Shown here: positions 19,571 to 29,806 of the stretch, one piece after another
Layout: each line of letters begins with the position of its first letter
Numbering within the stretch: position 1 is the first letter of the stretch
Source: Chloroflexota bacterium
Lineage (GTDB): Bacteria; Chloroflexota; Dehalococcoidia; UBA2979
Direction: 5' to 3'
Length of the DNA: 64,000 nt
Assembly (NCBI GenBank): GCA_947499615.1
Contig: CANMOP010000010.1
Span: forward strand, 2,306-66,305
Made by a program: the position numbers and the translations under genes
The notes under the pieces: generated by a model
The model's input: only the letters and a program-made list of their open reading frames with translations
What the model was told of the DNA's origin: nothing
Database searches by the model: none

Positions 19571-21280
19571 ATGACCACCACCTCAGCCGACGCAACGATC
19601 CTCGAGGGTTCGGGGGGGCGGCGGTGGCGCGTGCGCGGAGCCGCCGACCTGCTCGCGTTCGCGGGAGCGCCGTGGCCTGCGCTGGTCTCGACGCTGCTCT
19701 CCCATCGCGACGTGCATGACACCGCCGAGGGGCACGCATACCTCGGCGAGCCGGGGGAGCTGACCGACCCGCGGCTGATGCCCAACCTCGAGGTCGCGGT
19801 GGAGCGGCTGGCGCGCGCCTGCACGGCGGGCGAGCGGGTGGCGGTGTTCGGCGACTTTGATGTCGACGGCGTCACCTCGACGACCATCCTCACCGAGGGG
19901 CTGAGCGCGCTCGGCGCGGTGCCGTTGCCGTACATCCCCGACCGCTTCACCGAGGGCTACGGCCCCAACGTCGCGGCCATCGAGGCGCTGCACGCGCGTG
20001 GCGCGACCGTGCTGGTCACCGCCGACTGTGGCACCTCGGCGGTGCACGAGGTCGCGGCGGCGAATGCGCTGGGCATGGACGTGATCGTGATCGACCACCA
20101 CACCGTGCCAGACGAGCTGCCCGAGGCGCTGGCGATCGTGAACCCGAAGCTCAACGGCTCCGAGTACGGCAGCGAGCCCGCCGCCTGCGGGGTGGCGTAC
20201 AAGGTGGTGCACGACCTGCACGACCGGCTGGGCGTGGCGTACGACCCCGCGCCGCATCGCGCGCTGGTGGCGCTGGGCACGGTCTGCGACCTGGCACCGA
20301 TGCTGGCGGAGAACCGCGACCTGGTGCGCATCGGCATGGACGCGCTGCGCACCTCCAAGCGGCCGGGGCTGCTGGCGCTGGCGGACTCGGCGGGCATTGA
20401 GCTGCGCGACGTCGACGCCGAGGCGTGCGGCTGGGTGCTGGGCCCACGCATCAACGCGGCGGGGCGGATGGAGCACGCGCGCATCGCGCTGGACATGATG
20501 CTCGCCACCACCGAGGAGGAGGCGCGCCCGCTGGCCGCCCGCCTCGCCTCGCTGAATGAGCAGCGGCGCGATCAGACCGCAGCGGCGTTCGAGCTGGCGG
20601 GCAGTGCGCTCACGCACGAGCAGGGTGAGGCGGCGCTGGTGTTCGTCGCGTCCGAGGCGATCTCATCGGGCATCGTCGGGCTGGTCGCATCGCGGCTCGC
20701 GGACCAGCACCAGCGTCCGGCGATCGTCGCGCAGATCGCCGGTGACGAAGCACGGGCGTCGTGCCGCTCGATCCCGGAGTTCGACATCACTGCGCTGCTG
20801 CGACGTAACGCCGGGCTGTTCAAGCGCTTCGGCGGGCACCGCGCGGCGGCCGGCTTCACCATCGACGCATCGCGACTCGACGAGGTGCGTGCGGTGCTGC
20901 TCGCCGACGCCGCGCTGCACCTCGACGCGTCGAGCATCGTCCCCACGATCGATATCGACGCCGAGCTGCCGTTGCGCGATGTGAACACCGAGGTGTTGAA
21001 GTGGCTCGGCCGGCTTGGGCCGCACGGCATCGGCAACGCGACTCCCACGTTCCTCTCGCGCGGCGTCACGGTCATCGACACGCGCATCGTCGGCAAGAAC
21101 GGCACGCACCTGCAATTCAAGCTGCGCGAGGGCCGCGTGACCTGGAGCGCGATCGCCTTCGGCGCAGCGGAACGCGCTGTCCCCGCGGGCGAGGCGGCCG
21201 ATGTCGTCTACACGTTCCGTCGCGACAGCCTGCGTGGCACGCTCCAACTGGAGGTGCTCGACCTGCGCCCGGCGCAGTAG
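19571..21280 (+). CDS. recJ: Single-stranded-DNA-specific exonuclease
   Basis: GDFDVDG, TADCG, DHH, LGTVCD, PRINAAGR and FGGH..AAG motifs. Confidence 0.96.
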   Translation: MTTTSADATILEGSGGRRWRVRGAADLLAFAGAPWPALVSTLLSHRDVHDTAEGHAYLGEPGELTDPRLMPNLEVAVERLARACTAGERVAVFGDFDVDGVTSTTILTEGLSALGAVPLPYIPDRFTEGYGPNVAAIEALHARGATVLVTADCGTSAVHEVAAANALGMDVIVIDHHTVPDELPEALAIVNPKLNGSEYGSEPAACGVAYKVVHDLHDRLGVAYDPAPHRALVALGTVCDLAPMLAENRDLVRIGMDALRTSKRPGLLALADSAGIELRDVDAEACGWVLGPRINAAGRMEHARIALDMMLATTEEEARPLAARLASLNEQRRDQTAAAFELAGSALTHEQGEAALVFVASEAISSGIVGLVASRLADQHQRPAIVAQIAGDEARASCRSIPEFDITALLRRNAGLFKRFGGHRAAAGFTIDASRLDEVRAVLLADAALHLDASSIVPTIDIDAELPLRDVNTEVLKWLGRLGPHGIGNATPTFLSRGVTVIDTRIVGKNGTHLQFKLREGRVTWSAIAFGAAERAVPAGEAADVVYTFRRDSLRGTLQLEVLDLRPAQ

Positions 21281-21285
21281 TCGGC

Positions 21286-21335
21286 GCACCGCACCGCACC
21301 GCACCGCACCGCACCGCACCGCACCGCACCGCACC
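21286..21335. repeat. Perfect pentanucleotide microsatellite (GCACC)x10
   Basis: Read directly; begins 5 nt after the recJ stop. Confidence 0.97.
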
Positions 21336-21390
21336 GCGACACAGATGCTCGCTGGTACTCGCCACGCGGGTGGATGTCGAGCAGCGCGTT

Positions 21391-21423
21391 GGGAGCGCGG
21401 GAGCGCGGGAGCGCGGGAGCGGG
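21391..21423. repeat. Octamer tandem repeat (GGGAGCGC)x3 plus partial copy
   Basis: GGGAGCGC GGGAGCGC GGGAGCGC GGGAGC GGG. Confidence 0.9.
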
Positions 21424-21427
21424 AACG

Positions 21428-21889
21428 CTACACGCGCGTGCGACGCCAAACGGTGCGGTACTGTCGGCCCACGATCGCCTCGCGCAGCTCGACAAGTTCC
21501 AGCGCGCGCAGTTGGCGGTACGCGCGTCGCGCAGCCGCGAGTGTTCGCCCATCGCCACACCGGTCGAGGCGTGCCAAGACGCGCTCCCAAACGCCGGACC
21601 ATTCCAGCGCGCTGACGCTGCGTGCCCACGGGATCATGGTGATCGACTGCGGGCGGCCGAAACCGGGACGCAGCTTGCGCAGTGTGGCGAAGCGCTCCTG
21701 TGCGTTATCGACCATCGGCACCACACGCACCAACGGGCCATCGCCCGCGGGCTGGCCGTCCGCCTGAGTACAGCGAGTGTCGATGAGGAGGGTCTGGCGC
21801 AGGATCGGGAAGTGGAAGGTCACGACCTCCGCCTCGTCGATGTTCTGGATCACGGCCTCGATATCGATATCGTAGCCGCCGTCGATCAT
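21428..21889 (-). CDS. Hypothetical protein, 153 aa, coupled to tyrS
   Basis: ATG directly abuts the tyrS stop; globular-looking sequence with host-like codon usage. Confidence 0.75.
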   Translation of the reverse strand: MIDGGYDIDIEAVIQNIDEAEVVTFHFPILRQTLLIDTRCTQADGQPAGDGPLVRVVPMVDNAQERFATLRKLRPGFGRPQSITMIPWARSVSALEWSGVWERVLARLDRCGDGRTLAAARRAYRQLRALELVELREAIVGRQYRTVWRRTRV

Positions 21890-23119
21890 CTAGCGGCCCG
21901 ACGCGATGCGCAGGAAGCGCGTGCGACCAACGCGTACCTCGTCGCCAGCGCGCAGCTCGGCGGCGAAGTCGGTGACTGGCTCGCCGTTCAGACGCACGGC
22001 ACCCTGTGTGACCAGTCGACGCACCTCGCCCGCGCTCTTCGCGAGGCCGGCAGTCAGCAGCACGTGGTCGAGGCGCTCCGTCTCGGCCTGCAGGATGTGC
22101 TCCTGCATCTCGTCTGGCGTCTCGCGTCGCTGGAACGTCGACTCGAAGTACGACTGCGCAGCCTCGGCTGCCTCGCGCGGGTACATCGTGCTCGTGACCT
22201 CAAGGGCGAGGCGCTTCTTGGCCTCGATCGGCGCAACGGCACCCGCAGCGACATCGGCGAGCAATGCCTGCGCGTCCGCCGGCGGGACGTTGGTGAGCAG
22301 CGTGAAATAGTTCGGCACGGCGCTGTCGGGGATGGACATGACCTTGCCGAACATGCTGTTGGGCGCCTCGTCGACGCCGATGTAGTTGCCGAGGGACTTC
22401 GACATCTTCTCGTGCCCATCGGTGCCGACCAGCAGGGGCAACGTGATCACGATCTGCGGCGGCTGGCCAAACTCCTCCTGGAGCTTGCGACCTGCCATGA
22501 GGTTGAAGAGCTGCTCCGTACCACCGACCTGCACGTCCGCGTGCAACGCCACCGCGTCGTACGCCTGCATCAGGCCGTACAGGAACTCGCTCAGATACAC
22601 CGGCTCCTCGCGCTCCATGCGCCGCGCGAAATTGTCGCGCTTCAGGAACTCAGCAACCGTGAAGTACGAGCAAAGCTTGATGACGTCGGCGAACGAGAGC
22701 GCACCCAGCCACTCGGCGTTGTACCGCACGGTGGTGCGCGCACTGTCGAGGATGCGGCCGGCCTGCTGCTCGTAGGTCGCGGCGTTCGCGGCAAGCGTAT
22801 CCGCGGTCACCATCGGACGTCGGCGGTCGCGGTCGGAGGGGTCGCCGATGAGGCCCGTGAAGTTGCCGATCAGGAACGTAATCTCGTGCCCGAAGTCCTG
22901 GAACTGGCGCATCTTGCGCATGGACAGCGTGTGTCCGAGGTGGAGGTCGACCGAGGTCGGGTCATATCCGCAGTAGATGCGGAGCGGGCGATCCTCTTCC
23001 AGCCGCGCACGCAGCTCGCGCTCCATGATGCGGCGCGTCGTGTCGTCGCCGAAATCGGTGCCGCGCATCAGCACGGCCATCTGCTGGCCGACTGGCGCCA
23101 TACGTCGTGCGGTGGTCAT
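21890..23119 (-). CDS. tyrS: Tyrosine--tRNA ligase
   Basis: GYDPT..DLHLGH, QAYD, GGTEQ and KMSKS motifs; C-terminal S4 domain. Confidence 0.96.
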   Translation of the reverse strand: MTTARRMAPVGQQMAVLMRGTDFGDDTTRRIMERELRARLEEDRPLRIYCGYDPTSVDLHLGHTLSMRKMRQFQDFGHEITFLIGNFTGLIGDPSDRDRRRPMVTADTLAANAATYEQQAGRILDSARTTVRYNAEWLGALSFADVIKLCSYFTVAEFLKRDNFARRMEREEPVYLSEFLYGLMQAYDAVALHADVQVGGTEQLFNLMAGRKLQEEFGQPPQIVITLPLLVGTDGHEKMSKSLGNYIGVDEAPNSMFGKVMSIPDSAVPNYFTLLTNVPPADAQALLADVAAGAVAPIEAKKRLALEVTSTMYPREAAEAAQSYFESTFQRRETPDEMQEHILQAETERLDHVLLTAGLAKSAGEVRRLVTQGAVRLNGEPVTDFAAELRAGDEVRVGRTRFLRIASGR

Positions 23120-23129
23120 TGCCGCGTGC

Positions 23130-24071
23130 TCACTGGAAGTACGCCCTCGCCGCCTCGACGTCTGCGTGAATCTGTTGGACGAGTGCATCTGCACCATCGA
23201 AGCGCTGCTCAGCGCGCAGGCGGTGCAGCAACTCGATGCGCACGACATGGTCGTACACCTCGGCGGAGAAGTCGAGCACGTACGTCTCGACACGCCGACG
23301 CGTGCCATCGAACGTGGGCTGAGTCCCGATGTTCGTCAGCCCGCGCCAGCGCTGGCCCAGCACCTCCACCTCGGTCACGTACACCCCGTTGGGGGGGAGC
23401 GCCTGGTCCGCGCTGACACCCACGTTCAGCGTGGGGAAGCCGATGGTGCGGCCGCGCTCGTCCCCGTGGAGCACGGGGCCACGCAAGGAGTACGGCCGAC
23501 CGAGGAGGCTCAGGACCTCTTCCATCTCGCCCGCCGCCAGCGCGCGCCGGATACGGGTGGAGGAGATGTCTTCCCCGCTTCCGGCCACCAGCGGTACCGT
23601 CACCACCTGGAACCCGAGCGTCGCTCCGATCTCACGCAGGCGCGGGATATCGCCGACACGCCCCCGCCCCAGGTGGAAGTCCTCGCCGACCACGAGTACC
23701 GCCATCCCGGCGTCCTCTACGAGCATCCGACAGAAGTCCTCGGCGGAGACGAGCGCCAGCTCGGAAGTGAACTGTACGACCGCCACCCAGTCGGCGCCGG
23801 CTTCTCGGAGCAACTCGACGCGCTGCTCCAGCGTGGTGATGTAGGAGAACGCGACTTCCGGGTGCAGCACCGTTACCGGGCTGGGATGGAACGTGACGAC
23901 TCCCCTGCCGAGGCCTGTCGCGCGTGCCTCGTCACCGACCTGCGCGATGAGCGCACGGTGCCCGCGATGCACCCCATCGAACACGCCGACGGTCAGCGCA
24001 TTGCGCCCGGGCGTGGCGGCATGCCGTAGTTCGTCCCGCAGCAAGAGCACTGCCGCAGTCCCCTTCCTCAA
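23130..24071 (-). CDS. ribF: Riboflavin kinase/FMN adenylyltransferase
   Basis: GVFDGVHRGH, ISSTRIR, GRTIGFPT and NIGTQPT motifs. Confidence 0.95.
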   Translation of the reverse strand: MRKGTAAVLLLRDELRHAATPGRNALTVGVFDGVHRGHRALIAQVGDEARATGLGRGVVTFHPSPVTVLHPEVAFSYITTLEQRVELLREAGADWVAVVQFTSELALVSAEDFCRMLVEDAGMAVLVVGEDFHLGRGRVGDIPRLREIGATLGFQVVTVPLVAGSGEDISSTRIRRALAAGEMEEVLSLLGRPYSLRGPVLHGDERGRTIGFPTLNVGVSADQALPPNGVYVTEVEVLGQRWRGLTNIGTQPTFDGTRRRVETYVLDFSAEVYDHVVRIELLHRLRAEQRFDGADALVQQIHADVEAARAYFQ

Positions 24072-24157
24072 CCGATCAGCGATAGCGCGAGCGACCCGTG
24101 ACCCATGCGCTCAAGCGGAGGCGGATCGTACCGGATTGTGGCGTTGGCTGGTGGGGC

Positions 24158-25072
24158 CTAGAAGCCCTCTAACTCATCGGCGACCAGATCCACGGCATCT
24201 TCTGCGCCTGCGGCATCGCCATCGAGTCGCACGAGGTCGATGTCCCCGAACACCTCGGACTGGCGAGCGTCGAGGAAGCGCACCTTGATCAGCTCCAGCA
24301 CGGCCAGGAACTCGACGATGATCGCGAGCCGGGTCGCGGGCACCTCGGACAGCAGGCTCCGGAACGAGGTCTGACCATCGCGCCGCAGACGGTCCATCAG
24401 CAGCCGTACGCGGTCCGCCAGCCGCACACGCTCCCGAGGCATGGCGCGCACCGGGCGCTCCTCCGGGGCGCGCTCCAGCACCTCCCGCAGCAGCCCCACC
24501 AACGAGGCAAGCGTCACGCCCTCCAGGCCCAGCGCCGGGGGCAGTGCGGGCGGTGGTGCGCCGCGCCGATAGGCCATGCGGTGCTCGCTCTCGAGCTCGC
24601 GCAATTGTTCCGCCGCGTAGCGGAAGCGCCGGTACTCCTGCAGCGCCCGAATCAAGTCCTCCGGGTCGGCGTCATCCTCGGCGGCAATGGGGGCGGCATC
24701 CGGGTCGCGCGGCAGCAGCGCCCGCGACTTCAGCAGCAGGAGGCGCGCACCGACGCCGATGAACTCCGCCAGCGCATCCAGATTCAGACGGTCGGCGCCG
24801 CGAAGATGCTTCAGGTATTGCTCGGTCACGGCCAGCAGCGACACCTCGGTGATGTCGAGGCGGCGCTCGTCGAGCAGGTGGAGCAGCAGCGCAAGCGGCC
24901 CCTCGAAGGTCGTCAACTGCAGGACGAAGGCCGCCGGATCGTCGGCCGCGCCATCGACCACCGGGACCACCGCGACTGTCGCCGGCAGCTCCGCAGCAAC
25001 CTCGGTTGCCGGTGGCTCTACCGAGACCGGAACGGCGCCAGTATCGCCTGTGGCGTCGACGATGTCGGGCAC
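24158..25072 (-). CDS. scpA: Segregation and condensation protein A
   Basis: FEGPL.LLL.L, LLLLKSR.LLP and FLAVLEL...Q.EVFGDI motifs. Confidence 0.9.
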   Translation of the reverse strand: MPDIVDATGDTGAVPVSVEPPATEVAAELPATVAVVPVVDGAADDPAAFVLQLTTFEGPLALLLHLLDERRLDITEVSLLAVTEQYLKHLRGADRLNLDALAEFIGVGARLLLLKSRALLPRDPDAAPIAAEDDADPEDLIRALQEYRRFRYAAEQLRELESEHRMAYRRGAPPPALPPALGLEGVTLASLVGLLREVLERAPEERPVRAMPRERVRLADRVRLLMDRLRRDGQTSFRSLLSEVPATRLAIIVEFLAVLELIKVRFLDARQSEVFGDIDLVRLDGDAAGAEDAVDLVADELEGF

Positions 25073-25077
25073 GGCGG

Positions 25078-26118
25078 TCAGGCGACCGGCACGGGACGGT
25101 CAGCGAATGGCCGTCCGATGGCGTTGGCCACCTTCGCGCATTCACGCATCAAGTGCGCAAAGTTGCCGGGGGTCAGCGACTGCGCGCCGTCCGACAGCGC
25201 GTGATCCGGATTCGGATGCACCTCGATCATCAGGCCGTCCGCCCCAACCGCGAGGCTGGCCATCGACATCGGCTTCACCAGGCTCCACTTGCCGGTGCCG
25301 TGGGAAGGGTCCGAGATCACCGGCAGGTGACTGAGTTGCTTGACCAGCGCGACGGCGTTCAGGTCCAGGGTGTTGCGCGTCGCGGTCTCGTAGGTGCGGA
25401 TGCCGCGCTCGCAGAGGATGAGATCGCTGTTGCCCTGGTTCAGGATGTACTCAGCGGCCAGTAGCCACTCCTCGATGGTTCCGGCGAGCGCGCGCTTCAG
25501 CATGACGGGCTTGTGCGTCTTGCCCGCCTCCTCCAGCAGCACGAAGTTCTGCGTGTTGCGAGCGCCAATCTGCAGCACGTCCGAGTACTCCGCGACCGCT
25601 TCCACATCGCGCTCCGAGAGCAGCTCCGTGATCACCGGCATGCCGAACTCATCGCCCGCGCGGCGCAGCAGCTTCAGGCCGGGCACGCCCAGCCCCTGAA
25701 AGGAATACGGCGAGGAGCGAGGCTTGAACGCGCCGCCGCGCAGGACGTGCGCACCCGCGTCGTGGACACCTCGTGCCGCCGCCCAGAGCTGATCCTCGGT
25801 CTCAATGGAGCAGGGACCAGCCATCACGACCGGCCGGCCGCCACCGACCTGGATACCGTATGGCAGCTTCACCACGGTGTCGTTCGGCTTCACCTCGCGG
25901 CTGGACAGCTTGTACGGCTTGGAGATGCGGACCACATCGTCCACGCCGGCCATCACGGAGAGGTCGTCCCGAAGCTCCGGGTACACCTGCCCCAGGACGG
26001 CGATCACGGTGCGCGACTCGCCGGAGATCTCCTGCCCGCGCAGGCCGCCTTCCTTCAAGCGCGCGAAGACCGCGTCGCGCTGCTGCTCCGTGCGGTCCAT
26101 CTTCATGATCACAATCAT
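25078..26118 (-). CDS. aroF: DAHP synthase (type I-beta with N-terminal regulatory domain)
   Basis: [28 protein letters not shown] and DPSHGTG motifs. Confidence 0.95.
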   Translation of the reverse strand: MIVIMKMDRTEQQRDAVFARLKEGGLRGQEISGESRTVIAVLGQVYPELRDDLSVMAGVDDVVRISKPYKLSSREVKPNDTVVKLPYGIQVGGGRPVVMAGPCSIETEDQLWAAARGVHDAGAHVLRGGAFKPRSSPYSFQGLGVPGLKLLRRAGDEFGMPVITELLSERDVEAVAEYSDVLQIGARNTQNFVLLEEAGKTHKPVMLKRALAGTIEEWLLAAEYILNQGNSDLILCERGIRTYETATRNTLDLNAVALVKQLSHLPVISDPSHGTGKWSLVKPMSMASLAVGADGLMIEVHPNPDHALSDGAQSLTPGNFAHLMRECAKVANAIGRPFADRPVPVA

Positions 26119-26153
26119 CGGGCTGCCTCCGTGGTCAATTGCGACGCTGAGGA

Positions 26154-26588
26154 TTACGTGGCAGTGCTGGATGTGGAACCTGCGCCCGTCGACGGCGGAG
26201 CGTCGCTTGGTGGGGTGGATGCCGCGCCGGGGACCAGATCGGGGCGCAGCACCTGCGCGCCCCGCAGGTAGATGTGCTTCAACTCACTCAACCGCAGGTC
26301 CGTGTTCACATAGATGAGGATGCGCACGCATCGTTGCAGGCTGCCGGGAACACCCATCTCGTGCCCGCACATCAGCGCGACGTCCGTCCAACCCGCCTCG
26401 CGCGCGGCCACCGCGGGGAACTCCGCGTTCAGGTCGGGCGACGTCGAGAAGATCACTGAGGCAACCAACTCGTGATCGATGTTGTTCGCCTCGATCAGCG
26501 CGGCGAACAACTCACGCGTGGCATCCAGGATGGCCTCGCGTGTGTTGGCCTCGGCAGTGGTGGCGCCTCGAATTCCGCGTACAAGCAT
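26154..26588 (-). CDS. aroH: Chorismate mutase, AroH type
   Basis: VRGIRGAT, FPAVAAR, CVR and HIYLRGA..LRPD motifs. Confidence 0.93.
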   Translation of the reverse strand: MLVRGIRGATTAEANTREAILDATRELFAALIEANNIDHELVASVIFSTSPDLNAEFPAVAAREAGWTDVALMCGHEMGVPGSLQRCVRILIYVNTDLRLSELKHIYLRGAQVLRPDLVPGAASTPPSDAPPSTGAGSTSSTAT

Positions 26589-26755
26589 GATGCTGGGACT
26601 CCATGCGGGGTGCGTTGTGTACCGTGCTCTCGAACAGCCTACGTCACTCCCGAGGTGTCGCGGGGCGATGCGTCAGAGGACGAATCGCGGCGTACCACGT
26701 ACGGGATGCGGTTGCGGCCCGCCGCCCTCACAACCGTCGCACCGCAATATACCAA

Positions 26756-26784
26756 CATGCGGCACGGGAACGCCGTGCCGCATG
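26756..26784. terminator. Perfect 12-bp hairpin downstream of trpA
   Basis: CATGCGGCACGG-gaacg-CCGTGCCGCATG; no U-tract; followed on the minus strand by TG-g-TATATT, a candidate aroH promoter. Confidence 0.5.
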
Positions 26785-26788
26785 CTCC

Positions 26789-27607
26789 TCAGTCGGCAGT
26801 GGCCGCAGCGCGTCCATCACGTCCAGCCAGCCCTTCGACGAACGCGCGCACCGTCTCCGCGCGACGCTCGAGCGGGGCCGCCTCGACCGCCTGCACGAAC
26901 GCACTCCCCACCACGACCGCATCGGCGACCCGGCCCATGACCTCGACCTGCTCTGGCGTCGAGATGCCGAAGCCGATCGCCAGTGGCAGATCCGTCTCCT
27001 GACGCACCCGCGCCAGGAACGCAGGCACCTCGTCCGAGAGGGCCGTACGCGATCCGGTGACGCCAGCAACACTAACGCAGTAGATGAACCCGCTCGCGTG
27101 AGCCGCGACCAGCGCGATGCGGTCGAGGGTGGACGTGGGTGCCAGCAGGTATACGAGGTGGAGTCCGGCTGCCCGCGCGGGCACTTCCAACTCCGCCGCC
27201 TCTTCCGGCGGCAGGTCGACGATGATCAGACCGTCGACGCCTGCCTCCGCGGCATCGTGGACAAAGCGGTCCATCCCGTAGGCGAGCAGCGGGTTGCAGT
27301 AGCCCATCAGCAGCAGCGGGATCGAAACGCCCGCGCCTCGAATCTCCCGAACCGCCGCCAGCACCTTCGGCACCGACACGCCCTGCGCGAGCGCCTGCTG
27401 GTAGGCCAGTTGGTTGGTCGCGCCGTCCGCCAGCGGGTCGGAGAACGGCATACCGATCTCCAGCGCGTCCGCGCCACCCGCCACCGCGGCGAGCGCGATC
27501 TGGAGGGTCGCGTCGGGTTCCGGCCAGCCGCCGGGCACGAAGGGAATCAGCGCCGGGCGTCCCAGCGCGTGCGTGCGTGCAAACATCTCGGCGAGGCGAT
27601 CACTCAT
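26789..27607 (-). CDS. trpA: Tryptophan synthase alpha chain
   Basis: EIGMPFSDPLADG, VDLPPEE, GVTG and GFGIS motifs. Confidence 0.96.
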   Translation of the reverse strand: MSDRLAEMFARTHALGRPALIPFVPGGWPEPDATLQIALAAVAGGADALEIGMPFSDPLADGATNQLAYQQALAQGVSVPKVLAAVREIRGAGVSIPLLLMGYCNPLLAYGMDRFVHDAAEAGVDGLIIVDLPPEEAAELEVPARAAGLHLVYLLAPTSTLDRIALVAAHASGFIYCVSVAGVTGSRTALSDEVPAFLARVRQETDLPLAIGFGISTPEQVEVMGRVADAVVVGSAFVQAVEAAPLERRAETVRAFVEGLAGRDGRAAATAD

Positions 27608-27685
27608 GGCTTCGGAGGGTACCAGCGCAACGGACTGGACCGCCACTTCCGCGCCGCGCGTCGGCTTCGATGATCAATTCGATGG

Positions 27686-28411
27686 TCAATTCGTGAGCGC
27701 GGCGATGCTCACCGCGAACGAGATCCCGTTCACCAGCGCGTGCACGACGATCGGCGGCCAGAGCGAGCGCGACTCCTCCATCAACCACGCGAACAGCATA
27801 CCGATCAGGCTGTATGGGAGGACAACACTCAGGTTGAGGTGGAACGCGCCGAACGCGGACCCACTCACCGCCAGCGCGAGCGGCATCGACCAGAACCCGC
27901 GCAGCCCTCGATACAACAGCGCGCGAAAGAACAGCTCCTCGCAGACGGGCGCCAGCAGCACCACGGTGACGGCCATCACCGCGACCAGCGCGACACCCTC
28001 GTCGCCGCTCAGTGGTACCGGGTTACCACGCGTGAACATCGAGACATCGAAGCCCGCGCGCTCAGCGAGGCGGAGCAGCAGCACGTAGCCGACCAGGATG
28101 CCGTACGCGCCCAGCCACGCCGGCACCGCCAGCCGCCACGTGGTTGGGCGCACGAACCCGAGTTCGCGCAGCGAAACGCCTCGGCGGGCGGCAAGCAGCA
28201 GCACGATGCCGCCCAGCGCCAACTCCAGCAGCACGGAGGCGCCCATGCCCACGGCTGCACCTCGCACGCGGAGCAGCACGAGGGCGGCGATCAGCAGCAG
28301 CGTAATCGCCGCCAGCGCCCCCACGCCCACGACGAGGTCACGCACCGGCCAGATGCGGCCGAGCACAGGCGCCGACGGTGGAGCAAGAACTTCGGGGCGA
28401 TCGGCGAACAT
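27686..28411 (-). CDS. CPBP/CAAX (Abi-family) intramembrane metalloprotease
   Basis: EELFFR, FGAFH and HALVN motifs; multiple TM helices. Confidence 0.9.
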   Translation of the reverse strand: MFADRPEVLAPPSAPVLGRIWPVRDLVVGVGALAAITLLLIAALVLLRVRGAAVGMGASVLLELALGGIVLLLAARRGVSLRELGFVRPTTWRLAVPAWLGAYGILVGYVLLLRLAERAGFDVSMFTRGNPVPLSGDEGVALVAVMAVTVVLLAPVCEELFFRALLYRGLRGFWSMPLALAVSGSAFGAFHLNLSVVLPYSLIGMLFAWLMEESRSLWPPIVVHALVNGISFAVSIAALTN

Positions 28412-28538
28412 GCGAGCAGGGTATCAGCCGCGCCCGCGCCGCGTTGCGCACACCGGCGCGCCCGATGGCGCCTCCTACTCACCACCTCGACATCAGCATC
28501 GATGGTTCCGCGTGTACTCTCTGCGCAGGAGATCTGCC

Positions 28539-29753
28539 GTGGACACCACCTCATTGCTCGTACTGGCCGTCGCGGTCGTCGCCCTGGGTGCGGCGTGGTT
28601 CGCGTGGCGTCGCACCGGTCGCCTCAACGACGACCAATTCGCACAACTCGTCGGCGTGATCGTGCGTACCCAAGTGGCGGAGGCGCAGTCGCAGGCGCTG
28701 CAGCAGAACTCCGAGCAGTTCCTCGCGCTCGCCGAGACACGCCTACGCACCGAGACCGCCCGAGGCGAGGAACGACTGAAGGCGCGCGCAGACGAGATCG
28801 AGAAGGGACTGGAGACCGTCGGCACCGCGATCACCAAGCTCCGCGACTACGTGGAGTCAACGGACAAGACCCGAGGCGAGGGCGTCGCCAGCCTGGCCGC
28901 CGTCACCGCGGAGAGCCGCAAGACCATGGAAGCGCTGGGCGCGGCGACCGGGAAGCTCACGGAAGTGCTGGTCTCCGGCCAGGCGCGCGGCCAGTGGGGG
29001 GAGCGCATGGCGGAGGACATTCTCCGCGTCGCTGGCTTCGTGGAAGGCGTGCAATACCGGAAGAACACGCAACTCGATGCCGGCAGCGGTCGACCGGACT
29101 TTACGTTCCTGCTCCCGCAGACGCGCGTCCTGCACATGGACGTGAAGTTCCCACTCGCTGCGTACCTCCGGTACCTCGAGGCCGCGTCGGAGCCGGACCG
29201 GGCCGTCGCGGTGCACGACTTCCTGCGCGACGCGAGGGCCCGCATCCGCGAGGTGACGAACCGCGAGTACATCGACCCGGCCGGCGGAACGCTGGACTAC
29301 GTGTTGCTGTTTGTCCCCAACGAGCAGGTCTATGGCTTCATCCACGAGAGCGACCCAGAGCTGCTGGACGGGGCACTTCGCCAGCGGGTGGTGATGTGCT
29401 CGCCGTTCACGCTGTTCGCCGTGCTCTCCGTCATCCGGCAGGCCATCGACAACTTCCACCTCACCCAGCGGACCGACGAGATATTGACGGTGCTCGGCGG
29501 CTTCAACCAGCAGTGGACGATATACAAGGACGCCGTCGGGCGAGTGGGGCGCGGGCTGGCGACGACGCAGAAGGCCTTCGACACGCTCTCAGGGCCGCGC
29601 ACGCGGGTGCTCGACCGACACATCGAACGCGTCGAACGCCTGCGGGTCGACGCCGGTCTGCCCGCCGAAGTGCTGCCCGCCGCCGACGAGGCGCTGCTCG
29701 AACTTGGGGACGAGGAACTGCCCGGCGACGACGAGGACACCCAGCGCACGTAG
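28539..29753 (+). CDS. rmuC: DNA recombination protein RmuC
   Basis: N-terminal TM helix, coiled coil, RGQWGE, RPD..F.LP, DVKFP and LFVPNE; AGGAG RBS before the GTG. Confidence 0.9.
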   Translation: MDTTSLLVLAVAVVALGAAWFAWRRTGRLNDDQFAQLVGVIVRTQVAEAQSQALQQNSEQFLALAETRLRTETARGEERLKARADEIEKGLETVGTAITKLRDYVESTDKTRGEGVASLAAVTAESRKTMEALGAATGKLTEVLVSGQARGQWGERMAEDILRVAGFVEGVQYRKNTQLDAGSGRPDFTFLLPQTRVLHMDVKFPLAAYLRYLEAASEPDRAVAVHDFLRDARARIREVTNREYIDPAGGTLDYVLLFVPNEQVYGFIHESDPELLDGALRQRVVMCSPFTLFAVLSVIRQAIDNFHLTQRTDEILTVLGGFNQQWTIYKDAVGRVGRGLATTQKAFDTLSGPRTRVLDRHIERVERLRVDAGLPAEVLPAADEALLELGDEELPGDDEDTQRT

Positions 29754-29806
29754 CACGCGAGACGACGAGGGCGCACAACCGCACCCTCGACCACCGGCGT
29801 CGCGGC

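Noticed and set aside
21286-21423. Tandem repeats as a CRISPR array
   Set aside because: Units are 5 and 8 bp with no spacers, and no cas genes are present.
26620-26760. Aromatic leader peptide (WY codons) upstream of aroH
   Set aside because: The W-Y codons lie in a frame with no suitable start/RBS and an intervening TGA.
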